From a virus, in the IMG/VR virus record IMGVR_UViG_3300017917_003565, positions 48,192 through 112,191 of that record: a stretch of DNA of 64,000 nt. One strand, 5' to 3'. Positions 1 through 9,216 of this stretch are shown in pieces. The notes under the pieces were generated by a model, which worked only from the letters and a program-made list of their open reading frames with translations, was not told the origin of the DNA and searched no databases. The position numbers were made by a program, and so were the translations under genes. The first letter of the stretch is position 1; every line of letters begins with the position of its first letter.

Positions 1-72
1 CAGATTTTCATAGGTTTTTTCTATTGTATTTTTTAATGACTGATATTAGGAAAATCTATAAGTCTCAAGAGA

Positions 73-1515
73 TCAAAACTTGGGTCGAGGATTAGGTCGG
101 TAGAGATCCATCTTGCCTTCGACCAGTTCGGACAAGATATTCATAACTTTGAAACTGATGGCAGTGTGAGAAGTGATGCCCTGTTGATGCATCTTGCCCA
201 ACACATATTGATGCCAAGCTGGACCATCGGGGTGATGATTTAAGTTGTTGGGGATCTTGAGTATTTCTGGATTGATTTTGTCTGCATGGAACATAACCGA
301 ACTCAAATCATCGGCTTCGCGTCCATCAAATGTGATGAATTCATCCAGCTCGGTCCCTACATTGATGTGCATGATATCTCGTGCCAGCTTGGCATCCAGT
401 AAATATTCCCATCCGATGTCACGCCAGTGCAATCTGCGCATGTCTTCAGACGTGTCTTCGTCCATGAGAGGATGATAAAATTTTACCGGCCGCTGATTCA
501 GAGCAAATCGATTCCTTGCTATATGGTGTTTGTAATCCAAAGGAACTCTGGGTCTTTCTAGACTGATTTCCGGTCTCCACTGCTCGGTAACATGCTCTCG
601 AGCATAGATTGGATAGCGAGTCATTTCTTCAAACTCTGCATAGTCATGTCCGGCCAACAATAGGTCATCCATGAACAAAATCCAATGCAACAGGCTTTCA
701 TTGCCTAGGTGTCCGCCAATGTGTGCTCCGTCTGGATATTTGACCAACATGTCAGCTGTGCTGTAGCACTGAACAAACTCGAACTCATAATGGTTAAACA
801 ATCGAAGATAATCTTCAAGAGTTACAGTTTCTTCAATGATGCCTCCTACTCTACCGGCCATGTGTTTCCATAAAGCTTCACGTGCTTGTATTTTTTCTGG
901 ATTCAAAAATGCCTGATTAGGACGCCACAATGGTGAAACTTCTGGTAGGTTTCTAAAATACAACAGAGTGGTCTTTTTTTCGTAGCCCAGTTTCATAATA
1001 AAACTCAAGCATACCAAGCTGTCAATGCCGCCGCTGTAGTGCAGATACACTTTGTCATGCATGGCATATATCTTGTGAAACTCCTCGATACAGCGTTTGT
1101 ACATCCGCTCAGTGTATTCGTCTAGGCTGAGATTTTTTTCAATCAAACTGACTTCGATGTGTTCATGTGTGACTAAGAATCTATAGCTGGCTGTGGGTAT
1201 AACCCAGTCTCTAAAAACAGTGCCAGTGCGGTAGTCAAACGACACTATCAGTGGAAAGTTGGCTGCGCTGAAATACATGCATCTTTCAATGCGCTCGTTC
1301 TTTAACTTGCGGAAATCGTTGGTGAGATACAGATCATCTCCATCTACTCGAGCAAAAATCTTGTCACCACGTGTCAGATCATAGTTCTGGTACAGACCAG
1401 GTGGAACATTGGCTGCATTACGATATTTTTGCAGTTTGAGTGCTTGGTGCCGCATGGGTTTTGGCGGCCGACATTTAGGCTTCCATTGGTAGCTTGGATC
1501 GATTAAATCAGACAC
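73..1515 (-). CDS. PP-loop (adenine nucleotide alpha-hydrolase / asparagine synthase-like) protein
   Basis: YSGGIDS PP-loop and later GGHLGNE; TAAATA-like element upstream (~1543-1548). Confidence 0.55.
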   Translation of the reverse strand: MSDLIDPSYQWKPKCRPPKPMRHQALKLQKYRNAANVPPGLYQNYDLTRGDKIFARVDGDDLYLTNDFRKLKNERIERCMYFSAANFPLIVSFDYRTGTVFRDWVIPTASYRFLVTHEHIEVSLIEKNLSLDEYTERMYKRCIEEFHKIYAMHDKVYLHYSGGIDSLVCLSFIMKLGYEKKTTLLYFRNLPEVSPLWRPNQAFLNPEKIQAREALWKHMAGRVGGIIEETVTLEDYLRLFNHYEFEFVQCYSTADMLVKYPDGAHIGGHLGNESLLHWILFMDDLLLAGHDYAEFEEMTRYPIYAREHVTEQWRPEISLERPRVPLDYKHHIARNRFALNQRPVKFYHPLMDEDTSEDMRRLHWRDIGWEYLLDAKLARDIMHINVGTELDEFITFDGREADDLSSVMFHADKINPEILKIPNNLNHHPDGPAWHQYVLGKMHQQGITSHTAISFKVMNILSELVEGKMDLYRPNPRPKF

Positions 1516-1573
1516 AGTGGGGGATTCTCCGGATTGCGTTGGTATTTAACTTTTGTTGCCGCCCGGACAAAAA

Positions 1574-2641
1574 TTACTGTTTGGGTCGGCCAATGTATTC
1601 GTGGCTATAGCACACTCGATGAGCATCACGAGCCGTAGTGGTGCCACCATAGCCGGGCATGGCTCGTACAGTGCCGTCTTTTTTGATGTAACTGGCTGCA
1701 CGGCTTTTACGATTGGTCGAAGTCGGCCGCCATAGAGGTGAATGCTCTCGGTGCTCGCCAAAGCTGGGATGAGCAGTTTTTGAAAAATATCTAAGGCCAC
1801 GATCCACATATATCTGAGCAATGGCATCACTGAAAGCAGTACCTATTCCCATACCTTGGAACTCAGGTAGCACAACTGTTCTATGACCGCGCCAGTATGA
1901 GTGTATGTCTCTGTTGGTGGAATGTATGGCAGCATGGAAGGCCACAGGTTTGTCGCCAATAAGTCCCACATAGCAATGGACTGATCGACTCATTCTAGTA
2001 TCTAGATAGTGATATTTTGAGAAATATCGCCAATAGTCCGGAGTTGTGCTTCGGATGGTGAGTGTGATCTTTGGTCGCCCCAATCGAAGAAGTGACCTCC
2101 GATTATCTAATACCTGTAGGTCGGTATCATACACCCAGTCTGGATCCAGCCAGTCTATTATGTCTCTGTGACAACTAGCGATATACAACACGCCAGGATT
2201 GCGGTCAAAATACTTACGAACGCTTAATGCCAAACTTTTGGCAGTATCACGATCAACCACCGATGTAAACTCGTCAATGATCGTGTGTCCTTGATCCAGG
2301 CCCATGGCGATTTCAAATCTATGAAACTCACCATTGCTCAGAGTACTGGGTTTACGGAACCAAGCAGGTATGGTTCTCAGACCACAAGCAAGTAACAGTT
2401 CTTCGCCACGTTCAGGTGTACTAAAGTTTTCAATAACTGTTTTATCATAATCAATATCAAAGTCAACATCAAAAGGCTTTGGATTATCTACAGTTCGAAG
2501 AATTGTAGTCTTGCCTGACCCCGAAGTTCCTACGATCAACACAATGCCTTGGGTAGGTAACTTGGGAATGACTATGTTGGGTTCAACATAGTCCTTGATA
2601 TCATAGCGTTGTTTGATTTCGTCAAGATAGTTGCCAGGCAT
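1574..2641 (-). CDS. ABC-type ATPase fused to GNAT/Mom-like acetyltransferase
   Basis: Walker A GTSGSGKT, signature LSNGE, Walker B IIDEF; C-terminal acetyl-CoA motif RTVVLPEFQGMGIG. Confidence 0.8.
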   Translation of the reverse strand: MPGNYLDEIKQRYDIKDYVEPNIVIPKLPTQGIVLIVGTSGSGKTTILRTVDNPKPFDVDFDIDYDKTVIENFSTPERGEELLLACGLRTIPAWFRKPSTLSNGEFHRFEIAMGLDQGHTIIDEFTSVVDRDTAKSLALSVRKYFDRNPGVLYIASCHRDIIDWLDPDWVYDTDLQVLDNRRSLLRLGRPKITLTIRSTTPDYWRYFSKYHYLDTRMSRSVHCYVGLIGDKPVAFHAAIHSTNRDIHSYWRGHRTVVLPEFQGMGIGTAFSDAIAQIYVDRGLRYFSKTAHPSFGEHREHSPLWRPTSTNRKSRAASYIKKDGTVRAMPGYGGTTTARDAHRVCYSHEYIGRPKQ

Positions 2642-3575
2642 CCGAATATTCCATTATGCTGTCAAAGGTGTTTTTGGGAGTGGGCATGATGCTGGGACTA
2701 TACAACAAAATTTCTTGTGCGGACTTGGCGGTGCGCACTGTTTTATCATCTTTCTCTTCCGTGGCTCTGCGTCCAGCAGTGTACTTGATGTCGTAGTAGT
2801 TGATTGATAAATGCCCTCGGTTGGAGGTATAAAACGTGTCGGTGTCTCCGGCCATGCGATTGCAATACATGACCAGGTGTCCGGCTAAATCTGCTGATTT
2901 GCAAAAATCTATGAGCTTGACATGTGCCGTGTCATCAAACGTGGTACCGTACTGTGTGAAACTGTCTCGATATGGTGGATCAAAAAAGTAAAACGCACGG
3001 CCTGGAACTTGATCCACACAACTTTCCCAGGATCCGCTGTGTATAGTCACTCGTTGCAAGAAAGCATGCCATTCCATGACATTGGCTCGATCATACACTG
3101 ATCCGCGATGATTCAACAGGCCCGATGGGGTACAGAAACGACCTTTGGCTTCTTTGGTGCTTTGCCATATGCCGTTGAATGCTGTTTTCATAAGGAAGTA
3201 TAAACATGCGCTCTGGCGAGTGGGCGACCAGCTGGCCCAGTCAGTGATGTATTCTTTGCGTATCTGATAGTAGTAGGCCTTGCGGGCGTTGGCATCCATG
3301 GGCAGATAGGTGTTGCAATAGGCATCACATTCTTGTAGGAACACAGCCACATCGTTGCGTATGGCACGATACAGACCCACAATCTCTTCATTGATGTCAT
3401 TGAGAACAAAGTTTTGAACCGTGGGATTGTTTTCATATACATGGATCATCATGGCACCGCCGCCAAAGAATGGTTCCACGTAGGTGTCGTATCCGCTGAG
3501 AGGTAGCCCTGGGGCTTCCTGATACTTGGGTATCATTTTGCTCTTGCCGCCGGCCCACATGTACAATGGTTTCAT
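2622..3575 (-). CDS. DNA adenine methyltransferase (Dam/D12 family)
   Basis: WAGGK, EPFFGGG (motif I), LNDIN, DPPY (motif IV). Confidence 0.9.
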   Translation of the reverse strand: MKPLYMWAGGKSKMIPKYQEAPGLPLSGYDTYVEPFFGGGAMMIHVYENNPTVQNFVLNDINEEIVGLYRAIRNDVAVFLQECDAYCNTYLPMDANARKAYYYQIRKEYITDWASWSPTRQSACLYFLMKTAFNGIWQSTKEAKGRFCTPSGLLNHRGSVYDRANVMEWHAFLQRVTIHSGSWESCVDQVPGRAFYFFDPPYRDSFTQYGTTFDDTAHVKLIDFCKSADLAGHLVMYCNRMAGDTDTFYTSNRGHLSINYYDIKYTAGRRATEEKDDKTVRTAKSAQEILLYSPSIMPTPKNTFDSIMEYSDAWQLS

Positions 3576-4456
3576 TAGGTATTTAATCTAGGGTTTACTG
3601 TGAGAATAAAATTGCTTTCATAGGCCTCGGCTATGTCTTTGGTAGAGTAGGCATTGGCCAACATGTCAAGAGCTAGATCCTTGGCTTCTGGCTTGTCCTC
3701 TCTACTGACTCGCACCCAGGCCTGTGCCAATGGATCACGCTTGTTTTGCAAGATTTCCATGAATTGATCATCGATGCTGTTGAGCTTTTGTTTGACCAGA
3801 ATATCTGCCATGATCTGCTCAGGAGTGAGAGTTTCTTCAAACAGTGACAAGAAATGATTGGTGCGAACCTTGCTGTCAAGATAGGGCTTGATATCATTGA
3901 ATTTGAGATCGTCTAGTTTCAGTGTGGACCTCATGATTTCAAAGATTTGTTCTTGACTGAATCCGTCGGGTGCATAATGCCATTTGACATTTGAGCCATG
4001 GATGATTTCCATGTTGGTACCATGTCTGTGCAACACTTCTCCTTGGGCCGCACCAGCACCGGTGGCAAAGGTCACATATTCGCAATCAGGGTTGATCGCG
4101 GTACAAATGTCATGATTGGTGCCCCAGCGTTCAATAGCATTGCCACCGGTGCCTTGATGCTTGGCTTCAAACACACATTTGAGTCGACGGTTTTTCACTG
4201 TTCTATCACCATCAAACCACATGCCGCCGTCGGGCACACAGCCTAACGTGATGCCCATGGACACCAGTTCTGGCAATCCAGCACGATCTCTCACGCTTTC
4301 GCTGATACGGTCACTGGTGAGATTCCTATGACCTTGTTCATAATGATATCGTTTTTGGGCCAAGGCAATGGCCTGCGAAACCACTCGGACATCGCCGTCG
4401 AGTTTTTTGGATTCTGCGCTGCCTGCTTCGGTACCTTTTTGTATGCCACCTGCCAT
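3575..4456 (-). CDS. EcoRI-like type II restriction endonuclease
   Basis: PDGG...EAKHQG...GNAIER, matching the EcoRI catalytic PD-(D/E)xK and recognition motifs; abuts the methylase. Confidence 0.72.
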   Translation of the reverse strand: MAGGIQKGTEAGSAESKKLDGDVRVVSQAIALAQKRYHYEQGHRNLTSDRISESVRDRAGLPELVSMGITLGCVPDGGMWFDGDRTVKNRRLKCVFEAKHQGTGGNAIERWGTNHDICTAINPDCEYVTFATGAGAAQGEVLHRHGTNMEIIHGSNVKWHYAPDGFSQEQIFEIMRSTLKLDDLKFNDIKPYLDSKVRTNHFLSLFEETLTPEQIMADILVKQKLNSIDDQFMEILQNKRDPLAQAWVRVSREDKPEAKDLALDMLANAYSTKDIAEAYESNFILTVNPRLNT

Positions 4457-4482
4457 AAATCACCCTTTATAGTCTTTCTGCT

Positions 4483-4511
4483 AGTTTAACACAGAGTGAT
4501 TTTTTGGTCAA
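4483..4511 (-). promoter_or_regulatory. sigma70-type promoter for the nuclease-methylase operon
   Basis: TTGACC-N17-TAAACT on the minus strand. Confidence 0.6.
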
Positions 4512-4753
4512 CCACCATATTTCAGCAGACACAACGTGTATTTCTGGGAATCAATGATTTCGGGTTCCCCAGTAATACCACCATCCTCGTCATAGATCGG
4601 TCGGAATCCATGTTGAGCTTCGCACCAATCCCAAAAGTTCCAATCAGTAGGATGATCTAACATGACCTTGCCTAGCATAGCCCAGTAGGCTTTACTATCG
4701 CCCACTACGGTGTCTAATCGTGCCGCCCGGTCTCGATAGAGATCATCGTTCAT
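4508..4753 (-). CDS. small phage hypothetical protein (W-C...L-K/R-W/Y family)
   Basis: ORF coupled to neighbours; C-terminal motif shared with local paralogues. Confidence 0.6.
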   Translation of the reverse strand: MNDDLYRDRAARLDTVVGDSKAYWAMLGKVMLDHPTDWNFWDWCEAQHGFRPIYDEDGGITGEPEIIDSQKYTLCLLKYGG

Positions 4754-5063
4754 TGGGCCACCTTAGTTGAAAGAAGTTGAGTTCCTTGTCGGTGGCCAAG
4801 AAAAAATAAAATAGGTTATATTTGCTAGGATTGTCCCATGCCCAGTGTGGGTTTACTGTGTAACCATGATGTTCTAGGTAACCATGGTAACGTGCCTCGC
4901 AACTGTGTCCCCAGGTATCTGTGCACCAATTTTTCATGCGACGATACAGGTCTATCTTGGCAGGAAAATCTCGTAACTCGCCATCGTTGATGTGTATGCG
5001 ATACCGAGCAAAATGACTTCCTGTGTATCTGCGATCTATAAGTTTGATATCGTAGTTTTTCAT
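4743..5063 (-). CDS. small phage hypothetical protein (W-C...F-x-L-R-W family)
   Basis: ORF; ends ELNFFQLRWP; ATG at 5063 preferred. Confidence 0.6.
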   Translation of the reverse strand: MKNYDIKLIDRRYTGSHFARYRIHINDGELRDFPAKIDLYRRMKNWCTDTWGHSCEARYHGYLEHHGYTVNPHWAWDNPSKYNLFYFFLATDKELNFFQLRWPNER

Positions 5064-5071
5064 TTTGTTCA

Positions 5072-5310
5072 CATGCTCTGCCAGGGCCGGCGGTTACTAT
5101 AGAAGCAATCTGTGCCACAACCAGTTGGTGGCACGTCTTGGTTGCCCGATGGGGCTCAGCAAGACAGGATTAACAACCTCGCCATCCGCTTCACGGCGCC
5201 CTGCGTTATCGTATTGCCAACGCCAGTTGGGTTTGACTGGGACCACCCGTAGTTCGCTAAAACCACTATCATGCGGGTCACACTAGACAGGCGCTACCTG
5301 TCACGAACCA
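5072..5310 (-). ncRNA. putative structured non-coding RNA (~240 nt), family not assigned
   Basis: Gap without a credible ORF in a gene-dense region; nine mutually compatible helices including long-range 5082-5087/5198-5203; strand inferred from flanking genes. Confidence 0.55.
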
Positions 5311-5505
5311 TTAGTGGAGAGTGTCTCCACCATCCACACCCCAAAATACCGATCCACCAGCATCATGAAGATCCTGCATTTTTTTGTTCATTACGGCTTC
5401 CTGTACTCTTAGTAATACTTCATCTATCTCGTCCTGTGTCAACATGCTTTCCGGCAACTTGCCTTCTAACACTGCCCAAATAATCATTTCTCTATCTTCG
5501 GTCAT
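5311..5505 (-). CDS. hypothetical protein
   Basis: ORF with SD-like AGGAA upstream. Confidence 0.55.
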   Translation of the reverse strand: MTEDREMIIWAVLEGKLPESMLTQDEIDEVLLRVQEAVMNKKMQDLHDAGGSVFWGVDGGDTLH

Positions 5506-5513
5506 GCCAGTTC

Positions 5514-5930
5514 CTATCTACAATCACATTTCATCAATCGTTGGTCTCGATGTCTGCGCCAGACAGCATCCAGATCATCTGCACGGAATATCTTGTCAAA
5601 CAATCGGTCAGTAATGCCTTCTACACCAGCATAGACGATTTCTTGTGTGCCTTCCCACCATTCGTAGTCAAGATTCCACTTTGGTATCAGAGACCCACGG
5701 GCGTCGCTGTCATGCATGGGCACTATGTTGCGCCACTGTAGCATGAGGCGGTCCAAGGTTTCCTGCCAATACCAACGGCTCCATTCCGAACTAGCACGGC
5801 CCAGAGCTTCTCGGGCCGCATCCAATCTCAAACCAAGATTTTCCATTTCCAAGCCTATCATGCGCCAGTTACGCAGATCTGCTTGCACAGCCACAAACTC
5901 TATAGGGGTTGACTTGGCAAATAGGTTCAT
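5514..5930 (-). CDS. hypothetical protein
   Basis: 138-aa ORF downstream of promoter-like sequence. Confidence 0.6.
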   Translation of the reverse strand: MNLFAKSTPIEFVAVQADLRNWRMIGLEMENLGLRLDAAREALGRASSEWSRWYWQETLDRLMLQWRNIVPMHDSDARGSLIPKWNLDYEWWEGTQEIVYAGVEGITDRLFDKIFRADDLDAVWRRHRDQRLMKCDCR

Positions 5931-5966
5931 GATTTTAGTTTACTATACACAGTGGTTCCTGGTCAA

Positions 5967-6233
5967 TCAAGACCATTTCATTACGAATGCCAGACAATCT
6001 CTTTCATCGTCAAAGAAAAAACAGTAGCGTCCGGGTTTGATGTCTGAACTCATTTCTATCAACTGCCAGCGCCATTCACCAATGATTTCGCTTTTGCACC
6101 AGCTCAGCACAGTTTCTATCGCGCCAAAAGGTTTGATGATTTCTTGTGCATAGCGGAAACTGTCACGATCTCTGACCCAATCCATCGGTGGCATCTGTGG
6201 ATCGGGCTTGACTTTGCTTTTAAGCTGGGTCAT
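5967..6233 (-). CDS. small phage hypothetical protein (W-C...F-F-D-x-R-D...K-W family)
   Basis: ends FFFDDERDCLAFVMKWS. Confidence 0.6.
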   Translation of the reverse strand: MTQLKSKVKPDPQMPPMDWVRDRDSFRYAQEIIKPFGAIETVLSWCKSEIIGEWRWQLIEMSSDIKPGRYCFFFDDERDCLAFVMKWS

Positions 6234-6621
6234 AGATCAATCTATTGACGTGTTGCTTGGGTATACCCCAGAAATCATAGCTGTCTATGATGTCACGCAC
6301 ATAACCAGAACTAGGTGTGCCAGTTTTTGGATCATTCATTTCATAGAAGAAAAACTGTATGCCATCTTGTATCCAGGTACGTTTAACATAATAATATGGA
6401 AAACCTTCAAAATGATCCAGAGACTGTTCACAATCACGAGTAAGGCTCCACAACACACCCGGGCATTCGGCACCTGGCCGAGGTTCAATGGTGGCATGGC
6501 AGTAAAACTTCAGTTCCCAATCACGCAACATAAACGCACCCTTGGCTTGAGCTTGTGGGCATCTCCAATGCATCTGTCCTGGATGCATGTTAGCACCATA
6601 GGCAAAATATAAGTTTTCCAT
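6220..6621 (-). CDS. gamma-glutamylcyclotransferase (AIG2-like)
   Basis: N-terminal YFAYGAN; LDHFEG with catalytic Glu. Confidence 0.8.
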   Translation of the reverse strand: MENLYFAYGANMHPGQMHWRCPQAQAKGAFMLRDWELKFYCHATIEPRPGAECPGVLWSLTRDCEQSLDHFEGFPYYYVKRTWIQDGIQFFFYEMNDPKTGTPSSGYVRDIIDSYDFWGIPKQHVNRLIYDPA

Positions 6622-6860
6622 CAGCGTACGACCTCTCCAAACTTCAATCTAAAAAGCACAGCATCACGATCAGATCTGAAACTATAGATCATGCGATGTT
6701 CATCTATGTCAGTGATGTACCTGTCGCCAGGTAAACCAAACAACTCCAGGGCCTGGGCAGTCATTTCATTCCAGTTGTGCCAAGTTGTGCTCCAAGGCAC
6801 GCAACAATGATGAACATATTCAGGATCGCGCAAGATATGTTTTTTTGATATAGTCATCAC
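6621..6860 (-). CDS. small phage hypothetical protein (same paralogous family)
   Basis: ends FRSDRDAVLFRLKFG; start uncertain. Confidence 0.55.
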   Translation of the reverse strand: MMTISKKHILRDPEYVHHCCVPWSTTWHNWNEMTAQALELFGLPGDRYITDIDEHRMIYSFRSDRDAVLFRLKFGEVVR

Positions 6861-7071
6861 ACCAATCTATTCCCCCCGGAGCATAATACAGATGATTGTC
6901 AGTGATGTTGAAATGATTGCAAAAGCTCTGTCCGTATCTAATGCCATGCAGGGCTTCCCAGGTGTAATCCTTCTTCCACTGCTCAAAGTCTTCAAGATCT
7001 ATGGGCGCACGTGGTACACCTGATCGATCGGAAAAGGCCACAAACTGTTCAAAAACTTTTGCTCCGGTCAT
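6820..7071 (-). CDS. hypothetical protein
   Basis: ATG overlaps upstream stop; RYGQSFCNHF motif. Confidence 0.55.
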   Translation of the reverse strand: MTGAKVFEQFVAFSDRSGVPRAPIDLEDFEQWKKDYTWEALHGIRYGQSFCNHFNITDNHLYYAPGGIDWCDDYIKKTYLARS

Positions 7072-7301
7072 TACAATATCCTTAGTAAACCATAAAAGTA
7101 TGCCAACAACAATCCAGCATTGACTACGACCAAACTCCATTCACGCCATACTATAGCGGTGATCAGCCAACACACTAGTCCAAGATTCCACAGATAAATG
7201 CTGGCAGGATACAAGCCCTCCACAATGGTCAATGCTGCCATCAGTGTTACAGCAGTACTGAACCATTTCATTTTTTCTGTCACAGACAGATCTGTATTCA
7301 T
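7071..7301 (-). CDS. small membrane protein
   Basis: three hydrophobic helices. Confidence 0.6.
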   Translation of the reverse strand: MNTDLSVTEKMKWFSTAVTLMAALTIVEGLYPASIYLWNLGLVCWLITAIVWREWSLVVVNAGLLLAYFYGLLRIL

Positions 7302-7792
7302 TATACTACAGGATCCCCATTGTTGTCAACTTCAATCCAAGTGTAATCTCCCAACCATTTGACCCTAGCTATGTATTGATAGTGATCCGGGGCACCTGTG
7401 CTCCATTGTGTAGGACCAAGATGCGTGAGTATAGTCGCTCCTAGTTTGTTGTCGTATGCCAACCAATAGATCTGATTATGATATACCTGGAACTGGTATC
7501 GAGCGGCATGGACAGCATCAGTTATCTCAAGCCTGCGCCGTATACTATTGGCCTGTTTTTGCAAAACAGCCACCAAAGACATGATCCTATCGTATTCTTG
7601 CTGAGCGTGTAAACGGGCCACGTTAAGCATGATGTCTTTTTGTTTTTCAACTGGTACCAGATCAAAAGCCGGAGCACCAACCTCCACAGGATAAGGCGTA
7701 GATGTACGGTTGATGAACTCCACCAGACTATTGCCCATGGTGGCATCGAAACTGGTGCGACCTTTGGCACGATTGCTAGATTCTTCACTCAA
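7301..7792 (-). CDS. DUF2452-like protein
   Basis: PYPVEVGAPAF, coiled segment, VKWLGDYTW. Confidence 0.55.
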   Translation of the reverse strand: MSEESSNRAKGRTSFDATMGNSLVEFINRTSTPYPVEVGAPAFDLVPVEKQKDIMLNVARLHAQQEYDRIMSLVAVLQKQANSIRRRLEITDAVHAARYQFQVYHNQIYWLAYDNKLGATILTHLGPTQWSTGAPDHYQYIARVKWLGDYTWIEVDNNGDPVV

Positions 7793-8489
7793 AAGTCAAC
7801 TCCGGTCGAACCACCTTCCAGAAATAAAAGTCATTCTGGCGATCATGCCCCAGTAGCCATTGCCCATTAAGCCGTAGTGTAGATTTAGTGTCCCACACAT
7901 GTTCTACTACGCTACGCAAGGGATTGTCGTAGGCCACAGACCACTGCACAGGATGTCCTGATGTTTCATCATGGAACCAATATTCCATGACTTCTCGACC
8001 TCGTCGGCTGTGGAAGATACGGCTGTGTTTACGGAGTTGTTTGGTGTGCCCTTCACGTAGGATAGACGGCGTGGCATCATTCAGTGTGGGTTGGATCAAG
8101 GTCTGTTCGATCAAGGTAATCCGCTGAATATCTTCTACATAGAAGTAAGGCAAGCGATAGATCATGCCACGATGGCATTCTCTCATGATACCACCGTTGC
8201 AGATGTCATAAAGATCACGACTAAACTGGCTAGGCTCGGTGTTGGATTTCAGTGCTCGTACGGCCAACTTGTTGCGATAATATTTACGAGTTGCATCAGC
8301 CATTTCTCGATCATGATCATGAGCTTCAATATCAGACCAGTCTACCCAACGCCGGTTGGGAAACTTGGTCCACACATGATATGCCGCCCACGACAACGCC
8401 AAGGGATCGGCTTTTTCAGTCAAGGGCCTGCGATCTTGTGCTCGTTGCTGTATCTCGTATTCTTCCAAAAAAGTTTCTGTATCTGCCAT
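7785..8489 (-). CDS. hypothetical protein
   Basis: long ORF, ATG at 8489 right after upstream stop. Confidence 0.6.
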   Translation of the reverse strand: MADTETFLEEYEIQQRAQDRRPLTEKADPLALSWAAYHVWTKFPNRRWVDWSDIEAHDHDREMADATRKYYRNKLAVRALKSNTEPSQFSRDLYDICNGGIMRECHRGMIYRLPYFYVEDIQRITLIEQTLIQPTLNDATPSILREGHTKQLRKHSRIFHSRRGREVMEYWFHDETSGHPVQWSVAYDNPLRSVVEHVWDTKSTLRLNGQWLLGHDRQNDFYFWKVVRPELTFE

Positions 8490-8490
8490 A

Positions 8491-9216
8491 TCAGTCCCAC
8501 AATCCTTCGTAGTATTTGCCAAACAGTCGGAATCCGTTAGAGATGCGTTTTTGCACAGCCTCCATGCCTTCACGATCCCAATAACTGGTGTCGTTTGGAC
8601 CTCGCTTCATTTCGTAATACTTGTGTTCGCCCTTGGGCACTTCGTTGCCATCCTTGTCCACCGGAATCCACAGCAGGTCGATTTCACCTGAATGGAATTC
8701 GCTTTGCCAGTCGTCCTCGTTTTTCTTTTCAAAGGCAAAAATCATTTCGTCCAGGACCCAGTCCCAGCGCAGGAAGTGATTATCATCTGTGTCGTATTCG
8801 TTTTCCTTGGGTGGCGCGGCTGTGCTACGCAAGTGTTCGGGCACATCCTCGTCGTCTACCATAGGAGCGCCATGCTTGGTCGCTTTGAGTTGTCGCAACA
8901 TGGGCAACACGATGGAAGCCAAGGTCGAATCCATTGACCAGGTATCCCAGCGATCGATACGGACATATTCGACACGAGGATGGATCGTGTCTAGAACGCG
9001 GTTGATAAACCCAGATACGGGCGTTAACCGGTCGGCCCAGCGATCTACCCACTCAGGATGATCCACCCATTGGCTTTTTTCTCGCTTTTCATCTTCTAGA
9101 GTTTGTGTCAAAGTCCATCGACCGCACTTGCTCCAGTCTGTCCAAAAGAATACGCATTCGATGATCTTATAAGGCGAGATCCAGTGATTGCGGTAGTTTG
9201 ATTTATAAACTTTCAT
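8491..9216 (-). CDS. conserved T4-like phage hypothetical protein
   Basis: DTWSMDSTLA...WDWVLDEMIFAF...GFRLFGKYY motifs. Confidence 0.65.
   Translation of the reverse strand: MKVYKSNYRNHWISPYKIIECVFFWTDWSKCGRWTLTQTLEDEKREKSQWVDHPEWVDRWADRLTPVSGFINRVLDTIHPRVEYVRIDRWDTWSMDSTLASIVLPMLRQLKATKHGAPMVDDEDVPEHLRSTAAPPKENEYDTDDNHFLRWDWVLDEMIFAFEKKNEDDWQSEFHSGEIDLLWIPVDKDGNEVPKGEHKYYEMKRGPNDTSYWDREGMEAVQKRISNGFRLFGKYYEGLWD

Noticed and set aside
5154-5272. 38-aa ORF inside the structured region
   Set aside because: No SD and no protein-like features; the helical pattern explains the region better
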